A stretch of 64,000 bases of DNA, from assembly GCA_015064155.1 (NCBI GenBank), contig SVST01000015.1:7901-71900 (forward strand), in the 5' to 3' direction. The notes under the pieces are model-generated. The model did no database searches. It saw only the letters and a program-made list of their open reading frames with translations, and was not told the DNA's origin. The translations under genes were made by a program, and so were the position numbers. The DNA comes from Oscillospiraceae bacterium (lineage in GTDB: Bacteria; Bacillota; Clostridia; Oscillospirales; CAG-272). Below are positions 9,600 to 19,885 of the stretch, one piece after another; position 1 is the first letter of the stretch; the number at the start of each line of letters is the position of its first letter.

Positions 9600-10607
9600 A
9601 TGGAATTTTTGCAGAACGTTTGGAATTGCATCTATGGCTTTGTGAGGCAATATGTGGTTGAACCAACGGTGCAAATGGGGATTCGGGATGCGATCGACAT
9701 CCTGATTTTGGCGTTTGTACTGTTTCGCTTGTATCGGTTTTTCTATATGCGCCGTGCCGGCAGAGTTGCCATCGGCTTGATCGCAATTTCGTTTTTGAGC
9801 ATTTTGGCAATCGTTTTCAATCTTGCCGCACTCTCGTTCCTTGTGCGACTGTTTGCCTCGGTTGCGTTTTTCTGCGCGATCGTTATTTTTCAACCCGAAA
9901 TTCGCGATGCGCTGGAGCATATCGGAAATCTGACGGTTTTGAATCCACGCAGCAATACGCTGCCGAAAAAGAAGCTGGAGCTTGCAAACGAGGTTGCGGA
10001 CGAAACCGTCGAGGCGGTTGTGTCCATGGCGAAAAACCGAACCGGTGCCTTGATCGTGTTTGAAGGCTTAACGAAGCTTGGTGACTTTACTGCGGCGGGT
10101 TGCATTTTGGATGCGCGCGTCAGTGCTAAGATGCTGCAGAACGTTTTTTACAACGGCTCTCCGTTGCACGACGGAGCATTGGTGATTCGAGATATGCGGA
10201 TTTACGCGGCAAACTGCGTTTTGCCGTCCTCCGTCAGAAAGGATCTCAATTTCGGCTTGATGGGAATGCGGCATCGCGCGGCGGTCGGTGTCACCGAGGT
10301 CAGCGACGCTTTGGTGGTTGTGGTTTCCGAGCAAACCGGAATCGTGTCGGTTGCGCAAAACGGAAAGCTGACACGCGATGTTGACGAGAAAACGCTGAAG
10401 GATATTTTGATGACGTATATGGCGGGCAATGCGTATTTGCGCTACAAGAAAGCGAATATGCGCAAGGATTATTTGGAAATGCTGGAGAATATCGGGCGCA
10501 CCGATTCCAAAGCCCCGACAGATGAGCAAGAGGATTGCACCGACGCGCAGGAAGTGCCGTCCTTGAACGATCAAGTCGAATCTCAAAATCAACAAAAGGA
10601 GGAATAA
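9600..10607 (+). CDS. cdaA: diadenylate cyclase (membrane-anchored, CdaA/DacA type)
   Basis: Three N-terminal TM helices precede a DAC domain with TGALIVFEG, SPLHDGALVI and GMRHRAAVG motifs. Confidence 0.9.
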   Translation: MEFLQNVWNCIYGFVRQYVVEPTVQMGIRDAIDILILAFVLFRLYRFFYMRRAGRVAIGLIAISFLSILAIVFNLAALSFLVRLFASVAFFCAIVIFQPEIRDALEHIGNLTVLNPRSNTLPKKKLELANEVADETVEAVVSMAKNRTGALIVFEGLTKLGDFTAAGCILDARVSAKMLQNVFYNGSPLHDGALVIRDMRIYAANCVLPSSVRKDLNFGLMGMRHRAAVGVTEVSDALVVVVSEQTGIVSVAQNGKLTRDVDEKTLKDILMTYMAGNAYLRYKKANMRKDYLEMLENIGRTDSKAPTDEQEDCTDAQEVPSLNDQVESQNQQKEE

Positions 10608-10610
10608 GCC

Positions 10611-10802
10611 TTGAAGAAAAATGTGATCGGGCACATGGAAGCCCCGAAAAAGCGCGAGGGCTCATGGATTCGCCGTTGGCAGATCATTCCTCGATTGATT
10701 TGTTTGCTGTTGGCTTTTTTGATTTGGTTGATGGTGGTGCAATCGGTTGATTCCCCGAAGGAAGTGTCAAATTCCAACGTTTCCGTGGGGAAAATCGTAT
10801 GA
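10611..10802 (+). CDS. 63-aa single-pass membrane protein resembling only the N-terminal anchor of CdaR/YbbR
   Basis: A TTG start lies 8 nt after AAAGGAGG. The TM segment is IIPRLICLLLAFLIWLMVV. The gene occupies the position normally held by cdaR, and its stop overlaps the next start (ATGA). Confidence 0.6.
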   Translation: MKKNVIGHMEAPKKREGSWIRRWQIIPRLICLLLAFLIWLMVVQSVDSPKEVSNSNVSVGKIV

Positions 10803-12451
10803 ATCCATCAAACTGCAAGCTTCTGATCGGCAATGTCCGTGTTCCTTTGGATGCTACGGAAGCTGAAATTTTGAAAAAAGCAACCGACAAAATGAAGCGG
10901 GCGGGACTCTCAACCACCTCGCTTCATTTTCGGCTTTATAAAAAGTCTGTGGATGCGCGCAAAAAAGAGGATATTCGATTTGTTTGCACGGTTATGGCAG
11001 AGAGCAATGACCCGAAACGAATCGGATCGATGGCAGCGGAGAAGCTGAAGCTTGCCGACGCGCGCTTGTACGAAGAAGAATCATTGACTCCCGTGTTTGG
11101 AAACGAAACGCTTGCCGCACGTCCGCTGGTGGTAGGAATGGGTCCCGCAGGCTTGTTTGCCGCGCTCTTGTTGGCGCGCAACGGATATCAGCCGATTTTG
11201 ATCGACCGCGGGGCATCGGTCGAGGAGCGCGTGAACGACGTATCCGCATTTCGTGCAACCGGACGGTTGAACACCGAAAGCAATATTCAGTTTGGTGCGG
11301 GCGGAGCAGGAACCTTTTCGGACGGGAAGCTGATTACCAGAATCAACGATCCACGTTGTGGGTTCGTTTTGAGTACGCTTTGCGAGTTTGGTGCGCCCCT
11401 TGAGATCACCGTGCAGGCAAAGCCGCATATTGGAAGCGACCTGTTGCGCGACGTGGTGTCCTCTATGCTGCGGGAAATTCAAAGGCTGGGCGGTGACGTG
11501 CGGTATCATTGTCGATTGGAGGACTTCGTGCGCTTGCCGGACGGCACAATAAAGGCGGTTACAACGCAAGGCGATTTGCATTGCGGAGCTATCATTCTTG
11601 CGGTAGGACACAGCGCAAGAGATACGTATTTTAAGCTTTTGGAGAAGAATTTTGCGATGGAAGCAAAGCCGATCTCGGTTGGCGTACGTGCCGAGCATCT
11701 GCAAACCGACATCGATCGCGCTTTGTACGGAAGAATGGCGGGGCACCCGAATCTCGGTCATGCCGAATATGCGCTTTCGGATACGACGTCGGGAAGAGGT
11801 GTTTACACGTTCTGTATGTGTCCCGGCGGCGAGGTGGTTGCGGCGGCATCCGAGGAGGAACGCTTGGTGGTAAACGGAATGAGCAACCACGCAAGAAACG
11901 GGGTAAATGCCAATGCGGCAGTAGCCGTTTCGATTGGCTGTGACGATATCGAGCCGATGAACGGCAGCCGTATATTGGGTGCGATTGCATTCCAACGGCA
12001 TTTGGAGCACGCAGCGTTTGTTGCGGGCGGCAAAGATTTTTACGCACCGATCATGACACTCGGGGACTTTTTGTCGGGAACCAGAGGGACCGAGCCTACA
12101 CGTGTTTTGCCGTCTTATCGTGACGGAAAGGTTCGTGTGTCGGATTTTGAAGCGATTTTTCCCCCGTTCGTGCTGTCCTCTCTGAAACGCGGATTTTTGT
12201 CGTTTGGAAAGAAATTACAGGGATACGATTCTGCAGATACCGTGCTGACGGCGGCGGAAACGAGAACCTCCGCACCGGTACGGATCTTGCGTGATGCAGA
12301 AGCAATGACTGCGATAGGGTTTGATCGTGTTTATCCTTGCGGAGAGGGAGCCGGCTATGCGGGCGGCATTACGAGTGCTGCGGTAGACGGCGTGCGTGTG
12401 GCAATGGCGCTGATGGCGCGCTTTGGACGGGTAAAAAAAGAGAATATATAG
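10799..12451 (+). CDS. FAD-dependent protein (COG2509-like NAD(FAD)-utilising dehydrogenase)
   Basis: Contains the dinucleotide-binding motif VVGMGPAGLFAALLLARNG and a late GEGAGYAGGI block. Confidence 0.7.
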   Translation: MNPSNCKLLIGNVRVPLDATEAEILKKATDKMKRAGLSTTSLHFRLYKKSVDARKKEDIRFVCTVMAESNDPKRIGSMAAEKLKLADARLYEEESLTPVFGNETLAARPLVVGMGPAGLFAALLLARNGYQPILIDRGASVEERVNDVSAFRATGRLNTESNIQFGAGGAGTFSDGKLITRINDPRCGFVLSTLCEFGAPLEITVQAKPHIGSDLLRDVVSSMLREIQRLGGDVRYHCRLEDFVRLPDGTIKAVTTQGDLHCGAIILAVGHSARDTYFKLLEKNFAMEAKPISVGVRAEHLQTDIDRALYGRMAGHPNLGHAEYALSDTTSGRGVYTFCMCPGGEVVAAASEEERLVVNGMSNHARNGVNANAAVAVSIGCDDIEPMNGSRILGAIAFQRHLEHAAFVAGGKDFYAPIMTLGDFLSGTRGTEPTRVLPSYRDGKVRVSDFEAIFPPFVLSSLKRGFLSFGKKLQGYDSADTVLTAAETRTSAPVRILRDAEAMTAIGFDRVYPCGEGAGYAGGITSAAVDGVRVAMALMARFGRVKKENI

Positions 12452-12482
12452 GGCTTGCGAAGTAAATGCAACAGCCCAGAGG

Positions 12483-14687
12483 ATGGAAATGTCAGAACAA
12501 AACAAGAAAGAAAAGAAGTGGACAATTAAATATTGCCGCGGAGATCTCGAAAAGGACCAAGCCATTGCGCAGCTGGCAGAGGCTACGGGACTTTCGGAGA
12601 TTATGGCAAGCCTTTTGTATGCGCGCGGATATTGCACGAGGGAGCAGGTGGACGGATTCTTTCGACAGGATGCCGCCTGCTTGCACGATCCTTTTTTGAT
12701 GCGCGATATGCAGGCTGCGGTCGACCGTATCGAAGCGGCTCTTGCGCGAAAGGAGAAAATTGCAATTTACGGTGACTACGACGTGGACGGCGTTACGTCG
12801 GTCAGCCTTTTGTATCTGTATTTGACAGCGCGTGGCGGCAGCGTGGGGTATTATATTCCCAGCCGTATGCGGGAAGGGTACGGACTTTCCAAGGCGGCAA
12901 TCGACCGCTTGAAGGAAAAAGGCGTTTCGTTGATGATCACGGTGGACACGGGAATTACGGCAAACGAGGAGATCGACTACGCAAAGAGCCTTGGCATTGA
13001 AACCGTCGTTACCGATCACCACGAGTGCCGTGAGGAGCTTCCGGATGCCGCAGCGGTTGTGAATCCGCACCGCCCCGATGACGAATATCCTTTTTGCGAG
13101 CTTGCCGGTGTCGGTGTGGTCTTCAAGCTGATTTCGGCTTGCGAAATTGCCGAGTGCCGCAAACGGGGCGTGCCTGAAATCGACGGGCTTCGTCGCGTAT
13201 GCATGGAATATGCAGACCTTGTGGCGATCGGAACGATTGCCGACGTCATGCCCGTGGTGGATGAAAACCGATTGATCGTGACGCTGGGAATTCGTCTTTT
13301 GGAGAAAACGACGCGCCCCGGATTGCGCGCGTTGATTGATGCCGCGGCAGGCGGAAAGAGCGCAGAGCCGGGCAAAAGGGTCAAAAAGCGCAAGATCAAT
13401 TCGGGATTTATCGGATTTACCATTGCACCGCGCATGAATGCAGCGGGAAGAGTCAGCAATGCGTCGATCGCGGTGGAGCTGTTGCTTGCCGAATCGGACA
13501 AAGAAGCCGAAGATTTGGCGGAACAGCTTTGTGAATTGAATCTTCAAAGACAGATCGAGGAAAACCGTATTGCCGAGCAGGCATACGAAAAGATTGAAAA
13601 AACGCTTGATCCCAAGCGTGACCGTGTGATCGTGATTGACGACGACAGCTGGCAGCAGGGAATCATCGGGATCGTTTCCTCTCGCATTACCGAACGCTAT
13701 GGGCTTCCGTCTATTCTGATCTCCTTTGACGGCTCTACGGACGGCACGCAACGACCGACCGACGTAGGCAAGGGATCGGGCAGAAGCATTAAGGGAATGA
13801 ACCTTGTAGAAGCGTTGGTTGATTGCGAGGAGCTTTTGGTTCGCTTTGGCGGTCATGAGCTGGCAGCGGGTTTGAGTATCCTGCGTGCTAATATCGACGA
13901 TTTCCGCAGAAAAATCAACGCATACGCACAAAGTCATCTTTCCGACGATGCGATGTGTGTCAGCTTGGAGGCGGATCGCGTGGTCGAAATGTCGGATCTG
14001 ACCATGCATCTGGCACAGGAGCTGTCCTCCATGGAGCCCTTTGGGGTATCGAATCCGGTGCCGAACCTGATTTTGCAGAACGCAAGAATCGCACGAATCG
14101 TAACGCTTGGAAACGGAAAGCACACCAAGCTGATTCTCGAAAAGGACGGTCGGGAGATCAGTGCGGTTTGGTTTGGCGTTGGCGGAATGCAGATGACGTT
14201 TGAGGTGGGAGATTCGGTGGACGTTCTGTTCCAGTTGAACATCAACGAGTTTCAAAACGTGGTTTCCTTGCAGATGCTGATCCAGGACGTACACTATGCC
14301 GAGGAACAGGAAAAACAGTACCGTTCCGTAAAGGCGCGATACGAGGCGATCCGTCGGGGCGAGGAATACACCGCAGAGGAAAATGTGCTCCCTTGCCGTG
14401 ACGATATAGCGGTCGTGTATACGGCTCTGCGACGTGAATTTCGCGCGGGACGTAGCGTGTTCCCTATGCGGCGGCTTCTGTCGCTGTTGCATAGCCTCGG
14501 ATATACCGACATCAATTACATCAAGCTGAAATTTATCATTCGTATCATGCAGGAGCTGCAGATTTGCGGAGTTACCGAATCGGTGCAGGACACCTACGTG
14601 TTTGAATTTCAGTATCAAACAACCAAAACGAATATCGAAAAATCATCGATTCTTCGCAAGCTGAAGACCCAGCAGAGAAGAACTTGA
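12483..14687 (+). CDS. recJ: single-stranded-DNA-specific exonuclease RecJ
   Basis: Contains the DHH-family motifs IAIYGDYDVDGVTS, TVDTGI and VTDHHE, and a DHHA1 GGHELAAG block. An alternative start is ATG 12489. Confidence 0.9.
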   Translation: MEMSEQNKKEKKWTIKYCRGDLEKDQAIAQLAEATGLSEIMASLLYARGYCTREQVDGFFRQDAACLHDPFLMRDMQAAVDRIEAALARKEKIAIYGDYDVDGVTSVSLLYLYLTARGGSVGYYIPSRMREGYGLSKAAIDRLKEKGVSLMITVDTGITANEEIDYAKSLGIETVVTDHHECREELPDAAAVVNPHRPDDEYPFCELAGVGVVFKLISACEIAECRKRGVPEIDGLRRVCMEYADLVAIGTIADVMPVVDENRLIVTLGIRLLEKTTRPGLRALIDAAAGGKSAEPGKRVKKRKINSGFIGFTIAPRMNAAGRVSNASIAVELLLAESDKEAEDLAEQLCELNLQRQIEENRIAEQAYEKIEKTLDPKRDRVIVIDDDSWQQGIIGIVSSRITERYGLPSILISFDGSTDGTQRPTDVGKGSGRSIKGMNLVEALVDCEELLVRFGGHELAAGLSILRANIDDFRRKINAYAQSHLSDDAMCVSLEADRVVEMSDLTMHLAQELSSMEPFGVSNPVPNLILQNARIARIVTLGNGKHTKLILEKDGREISAVWFGVGGMQMTFEVGDSVDVLFQLNINEFQNVVSLQMLIQDVHYAEEQEKQYRSVKARYEAIRRGEEYTAEENVLPCRDDIAVVYTALRREFRAGRSVFPMRRLLSLLHSLGYTDINYIKLKFIIRIMQELQICGVTESVQDTYVFEFQYQTTKTNIEKSSILRKLKTQQRRT

Positions 14688-14725
14688 TCGGCAGTTTGTT
14701 TTTGCCGATCAGAAAGGCGAAAACA

Positions 14726-16954
14726 ATGAGTGACGTAAACGTACATACCGATATTTCCCGTTTGCTGGATATTTTGCGCGCTACGGGCAAAAAGTACGAT
14801 ACCGATAAAATCAAGGCGGCTTTCGAATATGCCAAAGAGCTCCACGCTGGGCAGTTTCGGGTCAGCGGAGAGGCGTATATCTCGCATCCCATCGCGGTGG
14901 CGGAGATTGTTGCGGGGCTTGAATTGGATACCGATTCGATCTGCGCAGCCCTTTTGCACGATACGGTGGAGGATTGCTCTGAGAAGACCGATTTGAGTGA
15001 GGTGGAAAAGAAGTTTGGCAGTACGGTTGCCTTGCTTGTGGACGGCTTGACGAAGATGGTGGTTCTCAAGGTGGAGGACAAGGAAGAGGCACACATTGAA
15101 AATCTGCGAAAAATGCTTCTTGCCATGTCCCGCGACGTCCGCGTGATTTTCATTAAACTGTGCGACCGCTTGCACAATATGAGAACGCTTTCGGTAAAGC
15201 CCGATAATAAACGGCGAATCACGGCACTTGAAACGATGCAGGTCTACGCGCCCCTGGCGCACCGACTCGGTATGCAACGCATCAAGCAGGAGCTGGAAAA
15301 TCTGGGTCTGCAATTTTTGGATCCCATTGGCTACGGCGAGGTGCGTGATCATATCGAGGAAAAGTACGGGCAGAACGTGGGCTTCATTGAAAACGTCCGT
15401 TCGCTTGTCGATGCAAAAATGCGCGAGAACAACATTCACTTTACCCTGGAGGGGCGTATCAAATCGGTTTATTCGATTTACAAGAAGATGTACTCGCAGA
15501 ACAAGTCCTTTGATCAGATCTACGACTTTTACGCGATGCGTATCATCGTGGATACCGAATTGGAGTGTTATACCGCACTTGGCTTGATCCACGAGATGTT
15601 TAACTCGATTCCCGGACGCTTCAAGGACTATATTTCAACTCCGAAGCCGAATATGTACCGTTCCTTACATACCACCGTTATCGGACGTGACGGTATTCCG
15701 TTCGAGGTGCAAATCAGAACCTGGGAGATGCACCATATTGCCGAATACGGTATCGCGGCGCACTGGAAGTATAAGTCCGGAGCTGCCAGCAAGGAGGAAA
15801 TGGACCGTAAGCTTGAGTGGATTGCGCGGTTGATTGAAACCGAGGACGATGAGCGCGACCCGGATGAGTTTATGAATGCGCTTAAAACCGATATCTTCCA
15901 CGACGAGGTCTTCGTGTTTACCCCCAAGGGTGACGTGATTGCGCTCCCGAACGGAGCAAACGTGATCGACTTTGCCTATGCCATTCACTCGGCGGTGGGA
16001 GATAAGATGATCGGCGGAAAGATTAACGGAATGATCGTTCCGATCGACCGTACCTTGGAAAACGGCGAAATCGTTGAGATTTTAACCTCCAACGCGTCCA
16101 AGGGTCCCAGCCGCGATTGGCTGAACATCGTCAAAACCAGCGCGGCACGCTCCAAAATTCGTGCTTGGTTCAAGAAAGAAAAACGAACCGACAATATTCA
16201 GGTCGGCAAGTCTACCGTGGAAGCCGAGCTTCGCAAGATTGCCAAGAGCTTTACCGATGCACAGCGCGATCAGGTCGTAACGGCGGTTGGCGCACGAATG
16301 GGCTTTAACAGTGCCGACGATTTGTACAACGCGATTGGCTACGGCGGTGTGAGCATGGTTAAGGTCATTCGCCGCTTGCAAGAGGAAAGTGCAGAGATCA
16401 TCAAGCCGGAAACACTCGAGCCGATTCCCGTAAAGGAACCCGAGCAACTGGTTACCTCCAACAAGCCGCGCAACGTCAAGTCCAACAGCGGTATCATTGT
16501 GGACGGTGAGGCGGGCTGTATGGTGAAGTTTGCACGCTGCTGCAATCCCTTGCCGGGTGACGCAGTTATCGGCTTTGTGACGAAGGGCTACGGAATTTCC
16601 ATTCACAAGAAGGATTGCCCCAACGTCGTTCAGGGAATGCAGCAAACCGAGAATGCCGAGCGTTGGAAGGAAGCACATTGGGAGGCATCCGAAACCCGCG
16701 GAGAGAGTCAGAGTATGTACGAGGCGCTTTTGCAGATTCATGCGGACAACCGTATCGGCATGCTGGCGGATATTTCCACCGCACTGGCGGATATGCGCGT
16801 TTCGATTTTGCAAATCAACGTGTCTTATAAGAGCGACGGAAGCTCGATCATCAATATGATGGTGGGATGTCGGAATATTGATCATTACAATTCCATCGTG
16901 TCACGTCTGCGCGTCCTGAACGGAGTCAATAACGTCCTGCGCGGATTTTCATAA
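14726..16954 (+). CDS. relA: bifunctional (p)ppGpp synthetase/hydrolase (RelA/SpoT homologue)
   Basis: Contains the HD hydrolase motif (LLHDTVEDC), the synthetase block YRSLHTTV, a TGS domain (FTPKGDVIALPNGANVIDFAY) and a C-terminal ACT-like domain. Confidence 0.9.
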   Translation: MSDVNVHTDISRLLDILRATGKKYDTDKIKAAFEYAKELHAGQFRVSGEAYISHPIAVAEIVAGLELDTDSICAALLHDTVEDCSEKTDLSEVEKKFGSTVALLVDGLTKMVVLKVEDKEEAHIENLRKMLLAMSRDVRVIFIKLCDRLHNMRTLSVKPDNKRRITALETMQVYAPLAHRLGMQRIKQELENLGLQFLDPIGYGEVRDHIEEKYGQNVGFIENVRSLVDAKMRENNIHFTLEGRIKSVYSIYKKMYSQNKSFDQIYDFYAMRIIVDTELECYTALGLIHEMFNSIPGRFKDYISTPKPNMYRSLHTTVIGRDGIPFEVQIRTWEMHHIAEYGIAAHWKYKSGAASKEEMDRKLEWIARLIETEDDERDPDEFMNALKTDIFHDEVFVFTPKGDVIALPNGANVIDFAYAIHSAVGDKMIGGKINGMIVPIDRTLENGEIVEILTSNASKGPSRDWLNIVKTSAARSKIRAWFKKEKRTDNIQVGKSTVEAELRKIAKSFTDAQRDQVVTAVGARMGFNSADDLYNAIGYGGVSMVKVIRRLQEESAEIIKPETLEPIPVKEPEQLVTSNKPRNVKSNSGIIVDGEAGCMVKFARCCNPLPGDAVIGFVTKGYGISIHKKDCPNVVQGMQQTENAERWKEAHWEASETRGESQSMYEALLQIHADNRIGMLADISTALADMRVSILQINVSYKSDGSSIINMMVGCRNIDHYNSIVSRLRVLNGVNNVLRGFS

Positions 16955-16975
16955 TAAAGAGAGAGGATCGAAAAC

Positions 16976-17434
16976 ATGAAAGCAGTGATCCAACGCGTGT
17001 TGCACGCGAGCGTGTCGGTTGACGGAAGCTGTTGCGGCTCTTGCAAGGAGGGCTTGCTGGTGCTTTTGGGAGTTGCCGAGGGAGATAGTGAGCTTGATGC
17101 CGAGCTTTTGTGCAGAAAAATTGTGAATTTGCGTATTTTTACCGATGAAAACGATAAGATGAACCGTTCGGTAAAGGATATCGACGGAGAGATGCTGGTG
17201 ATTTCACAGTTTACGTTGCTTGCAAATTACCGACACGGTAACCGTCCCGATTTTATGGCGTCGGCAAAGCCGCAAGAGGCACAACGCTTGTATGAATATT
17301 TTAAGACGCTGGCAGCGCGGGAGCTTCGGCGCGTGGAGTCGGGGATCTTCGGTGCACACATGGAGGTTTCTCTTCTCAACAACGGACCCGTTACCATCGT
17401 AATGGACAGTGAAGTGCTCAAATCAAAAAAGTAA
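16976..17434 (+). CDS. dtd: D-aminoacyl-tRNA deacylase
   Basis: Contains MKAVIQRV, SQFTL and NNGPVTI motifs; the length is about 150 aa. Confidence 0.9.
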   Translation: MKAVIQRVLHASVSVDGSCCGSCKEGLLVLLGVAEGDSELDAELLCRKIVNLRIFTDENDKMNRSVKDIDGEMLVISQFTLLANYRHGNRPDFMASAKPQEAQRLYEYFKTLAARELRRVESGIFGAHMEVSLLNNGPVTIVMDSEVLKSKK

Positions 17435-17445
17435 GGAAAGTTAGT

Positions 17446-18942
17446 ATGAAATTGTTTTTAAACGGAAAGGTCAACATATACTACATTCAGACCCTTTGCA
17501 TGATTTTCTTTCCGGGGGAAAAGTTCGGTGCGGCAGAGGCAGAGCATGAAAACACGCCCGCCTTGTGGCTCGATCTTACCGAAAAGGAGGATGGATTGGA
17601 GGCAAAGGTACGGGTAGAGGCAGACGGAAAAAGCGCGGAAGCAACCAAATTTTATGCGTTTTCCGAGCAGCGTGACCGTGATAAAACCGCCAAGCTTGCT
17701 TGCGGTGCCGCGGTGGTTGCCGCTTGCGGAGAGCTGATCGGTTACCGTCCCTCGTGGGGAATGCTGACGGGTGTACGCCCGTCCAAGGTCGCGACCGAGC
17801 TTTTGCAGAGTGGAATGAGTAAGACCCGAGTCAAAAGAACCCTGGCATCCGAATATTTTGTCATTCCCAAAAAGGCGGCACTGGCAACCGACGTAGCACT
17901 CAACGAGCAAAAGCTGATCGGCTCGTCGTGGAATTCCAAGGATTGCAGCGTTTACGTGGGGATTCCGTTCTGTCCGTCGCGCTGCTCGTATTGCTCGTTC
18001 GTATCGTACACCTCACCAAAGCTTTTGTCCCTTATTCCCGAGTATCTTTTGCACGTCGCACAGGATCTGGAAAAGACCTTTGGAAAGATTCGCGAATTGG
18101 GCTTGCGTGTAAAAACGGTTTATATCGGTGGCGGTACGCCTACCATCCTCAGTGCCGATCAATTACGCTTCCTTTTGGGCAAGATTGCAAGTCTTACCGA
18201 CGTGTCAAGCTTGGAGGAGTATACGCTTGAATCGGGACGGCCGGACACCATTACGGCAGAGAAATTTGCGGTGGCAAGGGAGTACGGAGTGACCCGTGTT
18301 TGCGTCAATCCCCAATCGCTTTGTGATGACGTGCTCCGCGAAATCGGACGTGCACACACGGCAGAGGATTTTCTTCGCGCGTATGAGATCGCACGGGAGT
18401 CCGGAATTCCGTGCATCAATACCGATTTGATTGTGGGATTGCCGGGAGATAATTTCAAAAGCTTTTCCAAAACCTTTGATAAAATTCTCGCTTTGCATCC
18501 GCAGAATATCACGATCCATACCTTCTGCGTGAAAAAGGCTGCCGATATTTTGCGGCAGGGAAGTCACGTGTATTCGGTCAGAGGAGGAGATGCGGGGAAA
18601 TGCGTGGATTATACCCAGCTTCGCGCCCAACAGGAGGGCTATTTGCCGTACTATATGTACCGCCAGAAAAATACGGTGGGTAATTTTGAAAACGTCGGCT
18701 TTGCCTTGGAGGGAACGGAGGGTCTATACAATATCTATATGATGGAGGAGGTTCACTCGATTTTCGCAGTGGGCGCAGGGGCTGTATCCAAAATGGTGGA
18801 TTACCGTCCCGAAAACGGTGGAAAACCGATTATTGAACGCTTGTTTTATCCCAAATATCCGTTTGAATATTTGCGAGATACCAGTACCGATGAAAAGGTT
18901 TCCAAAATGGAGGCGTTCTATCGCGATCATCACTTGATTTGA
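17446..18942 (+). CDS. hemZ: radical-SAM coproporphyrinogen-dehydrogenase-like protein (HemZ type)
   Basis: Contains the CPSRCSYCSF radical-SAM cluster motif. The ~500-aa HemN-like architecture has a long N-terminal extension. Confidence 0.7.
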   Translation: MKLFLNGKVNIYYIQTLCMIFFPGEKFGAAEAEHENTPALWLDLTEKEDGLEAKVRVEADGKSAEATKFYAFSEQRDRDKTAKLACGAAVVAACGELIGYRPSWGMLTGVRPSKVATELLQSGMSKTRVKRTLASEYFVIPKKAALATDVALNEQKLIGSSWNSKDCSVYVGIPFCPSRCSYCSFVSYTSPKLLSLIPEYLLHVAQDLEKTFGKIRELGLRVKTVYIGGGTPTILSADQLRFLLGKIASLTDVSSLEEYTLESGRPDTITAEKFAVAREYGVTRVCVNPQSLCDDVLREIGRAHTAEDFLRAYEIARESGIPCINTDLIVGLPGDNFKSFSKTFDKILALHPQNITIHTFCVKKAADILRQGSHVYSVRGGDAGKCVDYTQLRAQQEGYLPYYMYRQKNTVGNFENVGFALEGTEGLYNIYMMEEVHSIFAVGAGAVSKMVDYRPENGGKPIIERLFYPKYPFEYLRDTSTDEKVSKMEAFYRDHHLI

Positions 18943-18970
18943 GCTTTCTTTGTCAGGAAAGGGCAAACAA

Positions 18971-19885
18971 ATGAAAAAATACTATGACGTAATACTGCCA
19001 ACCGATCCCAAGGAGTTGCGCGAATACGTAACGAATTGCGACCGCGCGTTTGAGTCGGCATTGGACGACGTTGTACAAAAGGTTGCAAAAACCCCGGATT
19101 TGCGCATGCTCGGACTTACGGGACCGACCTGCTCGGGAAAAACGACGGCTGCTAAAAAGCTGACTGCGTGCCTTGAGGCACACGGACATCGGGTACACCT
19201 CATTTCGATTGACGATTTTTATTACGATACCGAATATTTGCGTTCGCGTCCGAGAACCGATTCCGATTCTGCCATTGACTACGATTCCGAGTCTACCATT
19301 GATATAAGCTTGTTGGAACGGACGACCGAGAGCCTTCTTGCCGGGCGTCCAACCAAAATGCCGCGCTTTAATTTCCGAATCGGACAGCGCGAGGACGGTC
19401 TTACCGTCAATCCCGACGGGGACGACGTGTTCTTGTTCGAGGGCATCCAGGTATTGTATCCCAGTGTTCATAAAATTTTGCAGGGTGGCTCCTACCGATC
19501 CATTTATATTTCGCCCGAATACGGAATCAAGATTTGCCAAAAAAGCTTTGAACCGAACGAAATTCGATTGATGCGTCGTTTGGTGCGCGATCAGCTGTAC
19601 CGTGCAAGCAATGCCGAGTTCACCTATTACTTGTGGGACAGCGTACGAAAAAACGAGGAAGCGAGCATTTTCCCAAATCTTTCGTCGTGTCATGATTTCA
19701 TCAATTCTACGATGCCGTATGAGATCGGTATGCTGAAGCCGTTTTTGGAAGCGATGCTTCCCACGGTATCAAAAACCAATCCGCACAGAAAGGATGCCGA
19801 GGCATTGCTTGAAAAAATCGCGGACATCGATCCCGTACCGCACGAATATATTACACCAACTTCACTGTATAAGGAATTCATTTAA
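18971..19885 (+). CDS. P-loop nucleoside/uridine-kinase-like protein
   Basis: Contains the Walker A motif GLTGPTCSGKTT. ATG 18971 follows AGGAAAGGG, and the stop overlaps the next start (TAATG). Confidence 0.55.
   Translation: MKKYYDVILPTDPKELREYVTNCDRAFESALDDVVQKVAKTPDLRMLGLTGPTCSGKTTAAKKLTACLEAHGHRVHLISIDDFYYDTEYLRSRPRTDSDSAIDYDSESTIDISLLERTTESLLAGRPTKMPRFNFRIGQREDGLTVNPDGDDVFLFEGIQVLYPSVHKILQGGSYRSIYISPEYGIKICQKSFEPNEIRLMRRLVRDQLYRASNAEFTYYLWDSVRKNEEASIFPNLSSCHDFINSTMPYEIGMLKPFLEAMLPTVSKTNPHRKDAEALLEKIADIDPVPHEYITPTSLYKEFI

Noticed and set aside
12492-14618. A 708-aa ORF on the minus strand covering almost all of recJ
   Set aside because: It is exactly codon-aligned antisense to recJ, which has clear DHH/DHHA1 motifs. 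The translation is low-complexity and Arg/His/Leu-rich with no recognisable motif or RBS. It is explained by the lack of TTA/CTA/TCA codons in the sense gene.
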